From Callorhinchus milii (taxonomy: Eukaryota), in contig NW_024704743.1 in the NCBI RefSeq assembly GCF_018977255.1, positions 25,174,001 to 25,238,000 of the forward strand: DNA of 64,000 bases, written 5' to 3'. The first letter of the stretch is position 1; each line of letters begins with the position of its first letter. This document shows positions 39,171 through 52,634 of the stretch, piece by piece. A program made the translations under genes and the position numbers. A model generated the notes under the pieces. That model was not told the origin of the DNA. It was given only the letters and a program-made list of their open reading frames with translations, and ran no database searches.

Positions 39171-41038
39171 TATAGTGAATGATGAGCACACTAACACCTC
39201 TTTCAGTTTCCCCTTTAGCAAGCTAAGTCTCATCGGCGGAATAATCACGGCTTGTGTTGTTACTTTCAATATACGGTACTTTGTACTGCATGTATTGAAT
39301 TTTATTTGCTAGTCATCGGCCCAGGTATATGCTTGTTGAGCTTTCTTTGTTAAATCTTGGCTTTTTCTTATAATTTTACACTCTTAACTCTTCTCCGCTC
39401 TTTCTTCCCGCTCTCCCTCTAGCTCAAATCAACTGTAAATGTTGCTACTTTACACTTGTCAGACTAGCAATCCAGGTGGCCTTATATATGCCACAATAAC
39501 AACTGGACTTATAGAGCGTTCTTCATGCGCAATAACATATACTAGGAACAGAAGGCGTCCCAGCACAGACACCTGGTGAACCTAGCTCAAAACTTTAATT
39601 TCCACCAAGCTAATTTTATGACTACACCATTTCTTTCTAGTATGTCAGAACATAACCAGTTTTATTCACCTCCTCAAGACGACTGCCTGGGTGTTATAGA
39701 TATCTCCCTCCATGTAACCTGAGTACAGTTCATCCGGCCTGGCAGCCTCTCCGATTCTTCCACCTCTTGTCTTTCCCAAATATTCTACACACTTAAAAGT
39801 TGTATTCACTTCCACCATCTTGGTTTAGGCATGTCTCTGTGATGCCTATATTACTGGTTGTCACCAATACCTTTAACTCCTTTGTTTTATTTTGAATGCT
39901 TCTGACATTTATGTTCGCGGATGTGTGTGAATATAAATAAAATGTGTAGATAATATATTGATATGTAATATATCTACAGTATGTATATGATGATTATGGT
40001 TCCCTCATAACTTCCTTGCCTGACTCACTGCCTTTGCTTTTGTATATTTTCTTTGATCTTTTTGCTATTGATGTTATTAATATTTCCTTCTGTTTTAGTT
40101 CTGTTTTTGCACTTCATACAGTATTCCAACATTTGTCATCCTCTGCTGATCAATGGCAGACCTCAGTTTTTTCCTCTCTTCCAGAACATTTCCCCCTAAT
40201 TTAATTAAATCCCAGTTGTTGCATTCTGGTTTTGTGCCAGCAATTTAGCTCCCCGTCGAGATGTTATTTTTCTTTTGTATAATCCTTTTCAAGGACAGTA
40301 CACATTGAAATCTGAGTACTTATTGACCCTCGGGAAAGACTATGAATCAGCAATTGTTCAGGAGGGAAATAATAGTTTTGAATACACTGCTGATTATCCT
40401 TTCATTTCCATAACATATCAGAGAGAGGTTAAACACACCCCATTTGGATAGAAAAGTTTCGCTAATAATTGTTAATGAAGATCGAGCAGGTGGAAGCAGA
40501 GTTAGGGAAGAATAAACAATTGTTACTCTCAGTTTGATATCAGGGGTGGTGCTGAAAATCCCTTTGCTGACGCTCTTTCAATTAGTGCAGGTTCGCAGTA
40601 GGGTTAAATGAAAAAGCACAGTATTGAAGGCGCTATAATGAGATTCCCTGTACAGTGAAAACATATCTTTGCACACAAGTCTAATGGCTAGCAGCCAGAA
40701 TTGATATCTATGTATGTATATATATCTATGTATATATAGATATATATAGACGGAGAGAGAACAAAACCAAGATATAGATGTGCATATTCACACTCAGGAC
40801 GTTGCATCCTTTGGGGCAGTAGAAGAAAGTGTCTCTTCTGAGCCTTGTAAATTGTACTTCTTTAGAGTCGTCATGGAGTCTCGAGTTGGAAGGTGTGCAG
40901 CGAAGAGCCATTGGCAGAGCAGTTTCTCAGTGATCACTGATCTAAGTGTGCTGCCACCATTCCCCTGGGCATAATGACGATTATGTTAATAACCTACGGT
41001 TCCTTTTTGTAACCTTGACCTTTGTTTTATCTCCTCAG

Positions 41039-41144
41039 AGGATGTGCTGAGTAAAGACACTGGGGAATGTGCAATATGCCTCGAAGAGCTGCAACAGGGA
41101 GACACCATTGCACGACTGCCTTGTCTATGTATATATCATAAAGG
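41039..41144 (+). CDS. ZNRF2: E3 ubiquitin ligase ZNRF2, internal RING exon (106 nt)
   Basis: Acceptor tttgttttatctcctcag and donor gg|gtaagc. Translates (E)DVLSKDTGECAICLEELQQGDTIARLPCLCIYHK(G), nearly identical to the ZNRF2 RING as recalled. Confidence 0.95.
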
Positions 41145-42532
41145 GTAAGCATTTATCGGAACCAACTCTTATTTTCTCTGCAACACCTGCATTTGCGGGT
41201 AGGGAAATCTTAGACCCACGAAGAACAGTTCCAGTGAAAATACTGGCAGTATCAAACATTTTATTATAGAGAATCCTTATCATAACAGCAATTGCTCACC
41301 TCCAACACCCTTGTAAATACCACTATTGCAGATGTCCTTTCTGACTCCCTGTGAAATTGAGTGCTGACTAAATTAGTCATCAAATATGTGACATTATATA
41401 TATAACATATATATATTACAATATAATATATATAGTATATATAGTAAAGTCTGAATAACTCAACCCTGGCTTAACTCGTCACTGTCACTTAAATTGTCGT
41501 GTTGTCAATATCCTGGCTGCTTCGCATGCAAAATATTAACAAGGGACATCGCTTTACTCATCTCTCTGCTTAGCCTGTAACTCGTCACATTCTAGAAATT
41601 CTTTGTAACTACTTACAATGTAAGATTGATCGGGTAACTATTAAGATGGTGCCTGGCATGGCAGAGGCCCTCCCTCCCTATCTATCCTGTGACTGGTGCT
41701 CAGCGGATGTTAGGGCGACCATGCTCAGACACAGTGTCTGACGGAGCATGCAAGAGAGAGAGCGGCGTTGAGTAGTTTCCTGTGATACAATCCTACCCAA
41801 GTATCTTCAACCCATTTACATCGACGTCCCGCTTATGTTGACAAAAAATGTAAACCCCGATCCCTTCCTTGCATAGGAACACACTAAACTTATCGTGTAT
41901 GTTCATTTGAACATAAACTTTGGCACACTTATGACGACAAAGTCCCTAACAGTACCACGTGCGTTGTGTTGTTACCACTTATGTCGACAGGGCCTTTTTC
42001 TCACGTGTGGCACATGAGTCAGTGAGTGATTGATTGGGTGAGTGTGGCGTGTGCCTGCAATGAGTGATTGTACATGAGTGTGTGTGACATGTGTGTGGGC
42101 TATGACATGTGTTAGGCTAATTAGGCCTATAAAGCAACCACGGTGTGAGTGCCCTTTGTACCACAGTGGATACCGCGACTGGAACGAAACTGAAACTTGA
42201 ATGGAAAATGCTGGAGAATAAATATCGCACAGTCAGAGCAATTGAGAGCGGAATATCCGCAAAACCTTCTCTGTGAACACGCTACATAGTTGAAATTTGC
42301 TGATTGCATAAAGGTGGGGTGACCATATTTTGTAATCCAAATTCAGGGACATGCATAAAAAAAAATTGAACTCACCAAAATTCCTGATGCTGGCAATACT
42401 GGAGAAACTTAATGGATTAATGGCTGTATTTCTCTGATGAGTGTATCTGTTTCAGAATTTTATTGTTCTTGCTCAGTTTGTTGCTGAACTCTAGACAGAG
42501 CAATTTTGGCGGGGATGTAAGGTCACCTAATG

Positions 42533-42795
42533 CACAACAATAATTATATTTGTATAGTGCTTTTTACGTCAGAAGGATGTCCCAAGGCGTTATAGATAGT
42601 GAGGGCTTTGGATCTGAGCTGGAGGTTGGGATCAGGAGGGGTGGAGGGCAGAGAGGGTAGGCATAGGAGGGTGAACGAAGGCACGGTCGAAGAGGAAGGT
42701 CTTCAGACGGGCCTTGAAGGAGGCAAGGGAAGGAACGAGTTGAAAGGAGAGTGGGATGGAGTTCTAAAGGGTGAGTAATAAAGGCCGAGGACAAA
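42533..42795 (-). mobile_element. L2 3' fragment nested in the Tigger-like element
   Basis: caacaataattatatttgtatagtgc tail. The reverse strand has FKARLKTFLFDRAF. Confidence 0.8.
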
Positions 42796-43454
42796 GTGGG
42801 TCATAGTCATCACAGATAAAGAAAAGCTACAAATGTGAAGATGTCGAGGAAGGATTAGCCACGGGGCTTAAAGAAAAACTCGCCCAAAATCCCACCATCA
42901 CAATTGATTGTGACATTTTTTTTGAGAAGGACAATCAGGCAGGTGTGGAAAATTTCATCTCTAGCAATAGGTGGTTTTAGTCACTTCAAAGCTCGTCACG
43001 GTCTGGTATACAAAAACATTTGCCATGAGGGTAAGTCTGCCGACATTCTTGCTTCGAGGAGTGGAAGTAGGGGTGTCAGGAAATTCTGTAGAACTACAAT
43101 TTGGACCGTATTTGTAACGCGGACAAAACCACCTTGTTTTTTAAGTGTACCCCGGACAAAAAAATACTGCATTGAGGGACAACCCTGTACTGGGATAAAC
43201 CACCTAAAGACTTATGTTTCAATTACGGTCACTGCCAGCACGACTGGAACTGATAACCTACAATTTCTCATAATAGAAAAGTCAAAAAACTCATGATACT
43301 TAAAACGTTTATCAGTCGATCATGAAGCCAATGCCAAAGCCTGGACGACATCTGATATTTTCAAATGGGTTCAAACCTAAACTGCAAGATGACAATGCTT
43401 GGTTGGAAAGTAGCATTATTACTCAGTAACTACTCTACATAACTTGTATTTCAG

Positions 43455-43797
43455 CAGTTAGAGCACTCGCCTCGCAAGCAAGAGATCTGCGGTCAGTTCC
43501 CGGCAGGGTGAAATGTTGGGCAAGTTTCCTTAATCCACACACCTCTGTTTTACCTAGCAGTAAGTAGGAACCCAGTTGTTAGTCGATTGGCGAATCTTGG
43601 GTAATAATTCCTTAAAAAAAAATGATAAATTGGTCACTTCAATCCACGACTGTTTGTGGGACACTGCTGTGCGCAATTGGCTAACGAGTTTCGCCCCAAC
43701 AAAATCCAGTCAATTCACTTAATAGTATATTCTGTGAAGCGCCTTGAGACTTCTTAAGACATGATAAGATGCTATATCAAAATGCAAGGATTATTAT
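43455..43797 (+). mobile_element. SINE family A nested in the transposase gene
   Basis: gttagagcactcgcctcgcaagcaagag...gggcaagtttcc...tail gcaaggattatt. Transposase homology resumes immediately after it. Confidence 0.88.
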
Positions 43798-46700
43798 CTT
43801 AAAATTTAAATCTTAAATTGGTGTTTTTGCCTCCCAATTCCATATTCTTAATCCAGCCAATGGATCGATAGATTATTCAAAATCTTAAGTAGCTCTACTG
43901 AAAATGTTTAGCTCATAGAAAATTGATAGCCTTTGAGGCCAAGGAAGAGTTTACAGAAAACCTAATGGGAGACTTGCATCGTTGTAAAAAAGCCTGGAAA
44001 TTGGTAAAACAAGACAATTCATAATTGCTTTATATATGCTTTTTTCTGCAACCCACATGATGATGCCTTCTGTGAATCACAGCTGATAGTCCTAAAGAAG
44101 ATTCTTGGCGATCAGGTGCTGTATGACACTCTTTGCCTGCAAAAAGAAGAGTTCATAGCTCTTGCTGTTAATGTGGATGCAAATAAGCAGGGCACTGCAG
44201 CACTGGCAGATGAAGGTATCATCTGCCTCAGTAAAGCAGGGTCAAGACAACAGCCAACAAAAAGCCGAGGAACCTGAAAACAATCCAATTTTGACAGTAT
44301 TTGGCATGTGACGTGCAAAGAAGCATTTAGCATGTGTGAAGGATTGCAGACATTTTTGCTCAATTGAAGCCATTGAAAGAAATGAACAAAGCAGTATTTG
44401 GACAAGCTACAAGCACTAATCCAAAAAGAACAAGTGTCACACATGAAACAGTGTACTCTTAAATGACCGTCTTTTTAAATAAAATGAATTGAGGAGAATA
44501 CATGTAAATACAGTAAAGGTACAGAAATTGTAATGGGAGTGGATAAAATATTTGTAAATAAATGGTATAGCAATTCTACTTCCAGTATTGTATATGAAAT
44601 ACATGTAAATAAATGCTTCTAATTACAGTATTGTATATGAAATGTAAATAAATGCTTCAGCAATTTTTAACCAAAATGCCACTGTCTGGGTTGTTCATCC
44701 GTTTATGTCGACAATCCGCTTAAGTTGACAAAATTTGAATGGTCCTGGACATGTCGACATAAGCAGGTAGAACAGTATACACTGAACCGGCAACATCATA
44801 GCTGGTAGTTGATCAATATAAATACCCGTGTTATGTAAAACCAATTTATTTTTATCTGGTAACGAGCAAGGAATGACTCAGAGTACAATATTGATACCAT
44901 GTAGCTAATCTACCAAGAATAGAAGTTGTACCACTCTTATTTTCAATACAAGGTGAGGACCTATGGCACAGTCGTCACATCGGATAATTCGCCATTGGAG
45001 TGACGAGGTATCCGGAAATTACTTTATCAGAGCTGAACTTTCTAGCTGAACAATCTGGAGAAGTTCGTTTGCTAGGGCATAAAATAGAATAGACATTATA
45101 GAGCACCTTTCCCATTAAGAGGATGTCCCAAAGTGCATTTACAGTGCTATTCCCTATATTCGAAACGTACCTCTTAGACCATGCTTTCAGTTATCCTTCC
45201 CCTCCCCATGGCTCCCAGTCCAGCTCGGATGCCCATCTAACACTGTGAACAAGCTTTGGGGGCATCCTACCGATGTTAAAGGTCTCTATCACATCTATTC
45301 TATGTTATGCTCTCGGGAAGCCTAGATTGTTGAGGGAGAAACTTCCCCTGCTCCGTGTGGAACTGAATCATACAGACTAAAAAGGTTGCCGGATCGACCC
45401 CTGATCTAGATGTAGATTATTTATGAAGCAATTTGATGTGTTTTGGGTTTCTAACATTTCAGTTTTTCTTTCAATCTCCATGCAGGGCACCCTTATTGGG
45501 GTGCTACATAAGTGCATATTTTTGTTGTTTGTCCCTCTACCTTGATTCCTATCTGCTTTTACAAGCCTCCTGAAAACTTATATCTTTAACTATATCTTTA
45601 GTCATCTGCCTCTTCCCCCACCCTCTCTGCTTGAGGACTCATACTCCACTTTGAGGAAGTGCCTCAAATTGACTGTGAGAAGCCATATGGGACTCCTTTG
45701 AGAAAAAAGCCTAATGCTGTGTTGGGAGGATGGTAGGGTGGATGTTCTGGAAGGATGAGATCGGATGGGCTGTAGGGTCTTGTTTATATCCAAACTGATC
45801 TTTCTGACCATCTGTGAAGCACTTCGAGTTGTTACCCTATATGAAAGATGCTATATAAATGCAAGTTGTTTTGTTTCATACGTGTACGATTACACAGAGT
45901 TAATTTGGGTGATAATGCTGCTTCAGTGTGTGCAGTATGGAAGGTTTGGGCCTGCCATGCTGTGTATAAAATGGTTCATATAAGTGAATGAATGACTTAT
46001 TTTTAATCCGCGTCTGGTTGACGCTGCTCTGATTTAGCGAGTGTATTAAAAATGCAGTTGATCACATTGTCACACTGATGCACAGGCAAATAAATGATCT
46101 CTGTTGTTGGGCAGATGTTGAGTGGGGGAGGGGGAGAGGTTCTTATCGGAGGTGGAATATTTGGCACAGGGCCAGAGAGTCGTTGGTTCACCTGATTACA
46201 TTAGAGGCACTGGCAAAATCACACAGTCAGAGCCTTCACACTTAATTTGTCTTTTCAATGTGCTGCTCTTTTTGGTGGTGCTGGGGGGGGAAGAGTTTCC
46301 TTTGCATTAACTTATGACGGAAAGTGTGTAACCACTAGGTTTAAACGGCTTGTGCCTACTTTGAAGCCCAACATGCGTTTTCCTCCCCAAGCCACTCCAG
46401 ATGTCAGTCCAAAGCTTGCAGCAGTTATTCAGAGTTAGAACAGTGTAACTGGCTGACAATGCTAATCTCAGATGGTCTCCTGGAAATATTTACCCCACAG
46501 GAAGGGAAGTAGGGAAAAGTTGAAGCCAAATGGATTCTGGCAGCTGCTAATGACTGGTTTCATTCCCATGTTGGGAGAGAGCTTCGGAGTAAGGTTACTT
46601 TGCCACCCGCAGACAGGATAGTGGAGCAGGAACTGGCAGGAGATTGGGTAAAGGGAGACAAGTTGAACCTAACAGAATAGAGAAAGAGAAGATACAAGTA

Positions 46701-47268
46701 TAGAAAAGGACAAAGTAGGGAAATTACTTGGTAGGATCTTTATCTAAAGTCTTTTTCAACCTCTAGAGCTATCTCTCGGGGCATCAATATATATTGACAG
46801 ATGCCCCAGTCTGCTATAGTATAATATACATTATCTGGGAAATTATCTCATACCATAAATAGATTGAAATGTTAGTCCTGTCAAGAAACCTTTCTCAACT
46901 TTTAATCTACAGTTAAGGGAAATGGTAGGGGAATTGAATTATATCTAATTTCGCACACCTATTGATTAAAGAGAGAGCTCTTCTAGAAGATAGGGTATGT
47001 GCTGCTCCTTCGAACCAGTAACTGTGGCTCATAAGCACGAAGTTAGTATCTCAATTGCTCACTTTATGATTTACAAATCTGAAGCATTTTGATGTATAAA
47101 ATTATACCATTTTGTTAAAGACGTGATTATTTTTCTGATGCTGGAAGCCCAAATGTCCCAATTCTATGTAACCCATTTTATTAACGCATGAGGAGGCTTT
47201 TCCTTCATACTGGGTCTTGCATGTGCAGATCTGATACAAGAATAACATGGCCTTCTGTTTTTCTCCAG

Positions 47269-47326
47269 ATGCATAGACTCTTGGTTCGAAGTGAATAGGT
47301 CCTGTCCTGAGCACCCTTCCGATTAA
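47269..47326 (+). CDS. ZNRF2: ZNRF2 last coding exon (exon extends to 47362)
   Basis: Acceptor ttctgtttttctccag. Its phase matches the previous exon (GG+A=Gly). Translates CIDSWFEVNRSCPEHPSD*, with a donor ag|gtaatg after 47362. Confidence 0.95.
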
Positions 47327-48219
47327 TGGATGGATTGAAGCGTGCATTTGCCATTTCTATAGGTAATGTCCTTATTACTCTTCTCCACAAAAGCCTGTCT
47401 CCTTGTTATCGTTCTATTGTCTAGATTGGTTTTACCTGCTTGACTGCCACTGAACTGAGGCATAACTCATTCCCAGTGGCTGCAGTCAGGGGGAAAGCTT
47501 TTTAATGAAATTTGTGGAATGGTTTATAATCTGAAATTCCATGGGGGATCGCATGCCTTTGGTAGCCAAAACACTAAGAGGATTGCTCAGTGCCTTCAAC
47601 AATCTGCTCTGTGTATAGGTGCACTCAGTAAATTCCTGTGCTTTGGAGCAAAATGCTGGGGACCTGAAATTATCTTCCATGTAATGAATGTCAGCTGTAA
47701 CTCCATTGAAAAGCAGTTAACGTTTTAAAGATAAAGGCATCATATGGATGTTAAACCATTTTCTGGTAATGGTCGCAAAGGTTACAGATTATTGGGCAGT
47801 GTTTCTGGGTTAAGTACTTTATGCCTATTTGTAGTTGCACCCTACCCTGGCAGTAAGGGTAACTCTGAGTAACCAGCCAGTCTCTCCCTTGAGTCTCAAT
47901 ATAGTTTAATAGGGCAGCTTCACCCTCAACGACAAGGTCCCTCACCAGCTCTGCAAGGTCGAGTGAGTATCAGGCGCAGGGTGATGCAATCAGCTCCTGA
48001 GGTGAGAAGGCACTGATGCAAACCAAGCAGGAAAGCATTCGTCTTGTTGATGTTTAGCTGTAGAAAGGTAGAACTCATCCAGGACTTCACGTCTGACAGG
48101 CAGTCGGTCAGATGTGACTGGAATCAAATGGACCTGGAATTGAGGAGAGAGGCGGAGAGATAGAGTTGGAGGTAACCCTGAGAACAGTGAGTGGGATGAA
48201 GGCTTTGTTCAGTTTAAGG

Positions 48220-48400
48220 CAGTGGTGGGCAACTTTTATGGTCAGCCAACAAAATCAAAATAAAGTTTCTCGATTGAATATTTTTTGATTTATGCCATAG
48301 ACTGGTGCGAACGGTCGGGGGTGGGTGGGGGTGGTTGGGATAGGCGACTGTTTCTTGATGGCATCCTCGGGCCACTTCCAGACCCTCAGACCACTGGTTG
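48220..48400. mobile_element. hAT (Charlie-like) MITE remnant
   Basis: Starts cagtggtgggcaac and has an identical 8-bp direct repeat gtttaagg at 48212-48219 and 48401-48408. The right TIR appears damaged. Confidence 0.6.
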
Positions 48401-50174
48401 GTTTAAGGTAGAGATTTTTAATGTCCTGAACTGGTGCTTGAATATAGACAATGAATGTGCTACAATAAGTATAGTGGTCTAGTTCTAGGTGCAATCGTAT
48501 CATGCCTTTGTGATAAATTAATGTGACAGTATATGTGATGATCTGAGGGTTTGAATTTCTGTTGTGTAGCTAACATTAACTAACATAGTTTTCCAGTCAA
48601 ACTGAAGTCGGTGAACAGCTGAAGGAGGGCTTTTTTGTAATTGAAGTGGCAGATTTGCTGTCAGGGCTGTGACTTGTGAATTGCTCATTATTTTGTTAAC
48701 AATTTACATTTGAATATTTTTACCAGCGGGTTTATATCAGTACATTTTTAATGATGATAGCATTTGTATAATTCGCTTTTGTATGACATGACCCGCTCTG
48801 CTCCCCAGAGGTAAAAACTCCCTTGAAGGCCATTGAAAACCTAGTTTCACAGCATCCTCTCAAATCCAGGCAGATTATCATTTATCTGAATATTATTTCA
48901 ATTGTTGATGTTGTAACCCTGAGAGTGCTGCCACTCACAAACTAAGAGCCATAATTACCACTGTAGGTTGTGGAGCAGATTAGTTGGCTCTTTATTTACT
49001 TGAAGTGAACGTAAGAACGGGAGGGGCTGAGGGTAACTTTAATGTGTTTATTTGTGAGTCAGTATTATAGTAAACTCCTGATAACTCAACTCTGCCTTAA
49101 CTTGTCCCTACCACTTAAGCCACCAGGCTGTCAATATCCCAGCTGCAATTATTTATGTATTTACAGATATGCCTAACTCGCCACTCCAGATACCTCATCA
49201 CTGAGCCATTTTTCATTGGAGTGACAAGTTATCAGTAGTTTAATATATATTGCTTTATGTTACATTCCTTCTACAATGTACAATTGGGGAAAAACAGTCA
49301 CTTCATGACTGTTTGTTGGACATTGTTGTGTACAATTTGCCTGCCCACATTTGCCTACAGAGCACAGTCACTGTACTTTTCAGTTAATCCTGTGAAGCAC
49401 TTTGAGACAACAAGAAATTACATTTGTCTAGCGTCTTTCACATTGTGAGCTTGTCCCAGGGTTCTGGAGAGTCAGGGGTTTGGGATCAGGAGGGGTGGAG
49501 GGCAAGGGTAGGAGGGTGACCGAAGGCGTGAAGAGGTACGTCTTGAGACGTGCCTCGAAGGAGGACGTGCAGCAGGCTAGCTGGAGCCTGCTTAGCAGAG
49601 GGAGCTATATCGAATGCAAACATTAGTATTCATTTTGTTTAAAAAAAGCTATATTTGAAACTGAGAAAGCCAGATATAATTGAAAGATTATGGGAGCAGA
49701 GTTTAACACTTTTAATTGTAGGGACTGGAGGCTTATCGGAAAGTAATATTGGTTCTGACTTTAATTATTTAACATGTGCGATGTCTTTGGAATGATGATT
49801 TTGTTGCCGATGCCAATGAGACGGGAAGCTCTGTCCAGTGCATAAGTAAGTAGAGTCCTCCATTAAGTTGAGCTGCTGACTTCAGCTCTTTGCAAATGTG
49901 TGATCAACTAGTATTCCAGAGCAAGGAACGTGGCTCCACACTGCTCCTGGGAGACCTTGAGGTATAGATCTGAGCTTGAGGCGTTCCTGATAATTGCTGT
50001 GGAAGCTTGTATATAAAGAATTACCACTTAGTGAGATACAAGAGTGTTCAGTGCCCGTGGAACTGTCTGCCAGTCAGAGGAAATTGCACCACCTTCAGGA
50101 AGAAAGAATATTGGTGGAAAATAAAAGATCTGAACTGCTTACCGTGTTCACCTTAACCCCGTTAAGCTCAGGAC

Positions 50175-50447
50175 AGACAGCAGTGGGGTATGCGGTGTGC
50201 TGCACTGTGGGAGATGCTGCCATTGCTCAGACGAGGTGTTGAACCGAGGTCCCATCTGCCTGTTCAGGTGGATGATAAAGACCCCATGGCACTGTTCGAA
50301 AAGAGAAGGGAGTTTCTCCTGGTGTCCTGGCCAACAACCACTCCCCCCGTATAGAATTGATTACACACTCCATAGTTTGTGGGACACTGCTGTGCACCAA
50401 CTCGCTGCTGTATTCCGCCCACAAAATACATTGTATATCATGTGAAG
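50175..50447 (+). mobile_element. Deu-domain SINE body
   Basis: cagacgaggtgttgaaccgaggtcccatctgcctgttcaggtggatgataaagaccccatggcactgttcg...ggtgtcctggccaac. Confidence 0.85.
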
Positions 50448-51354
50448 TGATTTCCAGTGTTTTAATGTTGGCCCAAGTTAGTCTGCCCTTGATTATTTGT
50501 GGATGTTGTCGAATCAGCTTGGAAGCAGTGAAGCTGAAGTTATCTGAAATTGGCAGTGAGTAAGAACGAGGCTACTAAGGACATTTGAAAGAGATACAGC
50601 AGATAGTCTCAAATTTGTGATGGTGTCTATGAATAATTTCACCTCCTTTCCAAAATCTTATTCCGTTTCCAATTCTGTTTCCTCTGGCTAATGAGGTGAA
50701 AGAGACAAAGTGAAATTGCCTTGGATGACAATAGTTAGTGATTGCAGAATGTTGCAAAACTGTCAAACTAAACGTTGTTAAAGGTTGGCTCCAACAAAAC
50801 ATGTCCATTTTTGACATAATTAATCCAGGATTCCCCCAAAATTTACCAGGATAAAACTGTCACAAAATATAAGTTATACATTCCACATTTGCTTGTTAAT
50901 GCGGAGTCCAAACTACATCAAACAGTAATTAGAAGTTTTTTTTTTTATCAAATATGCTCCTGTTTGTTAAGGGTTGATTTGAGTATATTTTTCACAACAG
51001 GCATTGTCTGCTATTCCATTGCCATTTGAGTAGATTAGGAGGTTTACATTTATGCCGTTTTAATGTGGAACCTCTGTCTTAGTTTCTTAAAATGTAGAGC
51101 TATCAAGCAAATGTTGCAGAAGAGGCTGCAATCATAAAATGATTTGCAAAAGAATTTAAAATATGTCACATCTGGGATGAGCTGGAAAGATTGGCAATTA
51201 ATGTGTCAGGATGTTTGGAAAGTCTTAGTCTTAATCTGTGTGGTTCCTGCACTGGTGGTTTAGAACAATGTCCTTTTTCTTTCGTTAAGGGTGAATATCT
51301 CTTATCTGCTGGCTGTTTCAGTCTCGATCATTAAATAATGGAATTAGTTTGGGC

Positions 51355-51770
51355 AGTCTCCATGGCCTTGCCCCCTCCTACCTCTCTGACCTGCTGACTC
51401 CCTACCAACCTGCCCGCTCCCTCCGTTCATCGGGCTCCGACCTTCTCCATGTCTCCCGCCCGACCCGCCCTACCATTGGTGCCCGGGCTTTCAGCCTCTC
51501 TGCCCCCACACTCTGGAACTCCATCCCACAGTCCCTACGCCTCGCTTCCTCCCTTGCCACCTTCAAGGTCGGTCTGAAGACCTTTCTCTTCGACCGTGCC
51601 TTTGGTCTCCCTCCCACGTCTCTGCCTTCCCTCACCCCTAAACTACCTCCCCCTCCCTCATGCTCGGGCCCCGACACCTGACTGTTCAGCGCTTTGGGAC
51701 ATCCTCCCGACGTGAAATGCGCTCTATAATAGTAATATTGTTGTTGTTTTGTTATTATTGTTGTTGTTGA
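51355..51770 (+). mobile_element. L2 LINE 3' end, well preserved
   Basis: Uninterrupted reading LHGLAPSYLSDLL...RSLRSSG...RAFSLSAPTLWNSIP...FKVGLKTFLF, then agcgctttgggacatcc and a (ttg)n tail. Confidence 0.92.
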
Positions 51771-52634
51771 CCCTCCTGCTCAGTCTGCACACTGACGGTG
51801 TGTATTTTGGACTGGCGTATGGGTATGCCAGACCTCCCTCCTGAACTGTGCTTCTCACTTATTTTGTTTTTGTTCCTTCAACAGGTTTTCTTGCTATCTT
51901 ATCAGTGGAATAACTCGACTTCAAGTAAAGCGAGGCTGTGACTGAACTCTTAATAGCTGAAAATCTTAAAGATTGTGATGATCATTTGCTGCTGCCTCAG
52001 TGATGATAGGATACCGGTCTTCTGTTCTTTACAAATAATGCCTACAGATTCAGTGACACTGCATCCTTCATCTCCTTTTTAAGCAATAGACAAACTTCCC
52101 ATGGCTGCTTAGCCATTCGGACTTGGTGTGCCAAATGTAAATGAAGGACACACGGGGATTCCATTTTTTTGTATACAGTCAGTTTTAATTGTGTGACAAT
52201 TAGTTCATGCATTTCTATGTTTTTGATTTGAATGCACATACTGATTAATTTGTCATCTCCAATATTCATCTTCTTACTTTTTTTTGCACTATTATAGTGC
52301 AGAGAGAGCATGGCTACTCATGATGGATGTGTGGACCTCCTCAACATGGAGACCAAGATCATAAATCTGAAGCCATCTCTACACAGATGAACAGTGGCAC
52401 TGCTAATCCAACCCAGTTTCCAGACTACATGCTAAAAAGGAAAATCAGCATGGATCATTTCAAATGGATTTGGATTCCGCAGTTTTTAAACCTCAGTTCC
52501 TTATATATGTTATACAAAGGAGGATTGTCAGAATGGCCACCTTTTTGCTCACTGATGAGGTAATTTGGGGAACCTTATGATCAAACTATCTTTCCGTGAA
52601 AATGTGAAATTCTTTTGAAGTGCCCTTGAAGAAG

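Larger units (their letters stand above)
41819..44775 (+). mobile_element. Decayed pogo/Tigger-family DNA transposon with nested L2 and SINE insertions
   Basis: Imperfect TIRs with core CCYGCTTATGTYGACA, flanked by TA. Transposase remnants FKARHGLVYKNICHEGKSAD (CENP-B-type HTH end), ICNADKTTLFFKC, ANAKAWTTSDIF and LVFLPPNS..LIQPMD (DDE-type catalytic domain). Confidence 0.88.

Noticed and set aside
42315..42355. hAT-Blackjack-like terminus gggtgaccatat
   Set aside because: Only one end is seen, with no partner TIR or TSD.
44583..44658. Tandem duplication of ~35 bp
   Set aside because: A simple slippage event inside the decayed transposon.
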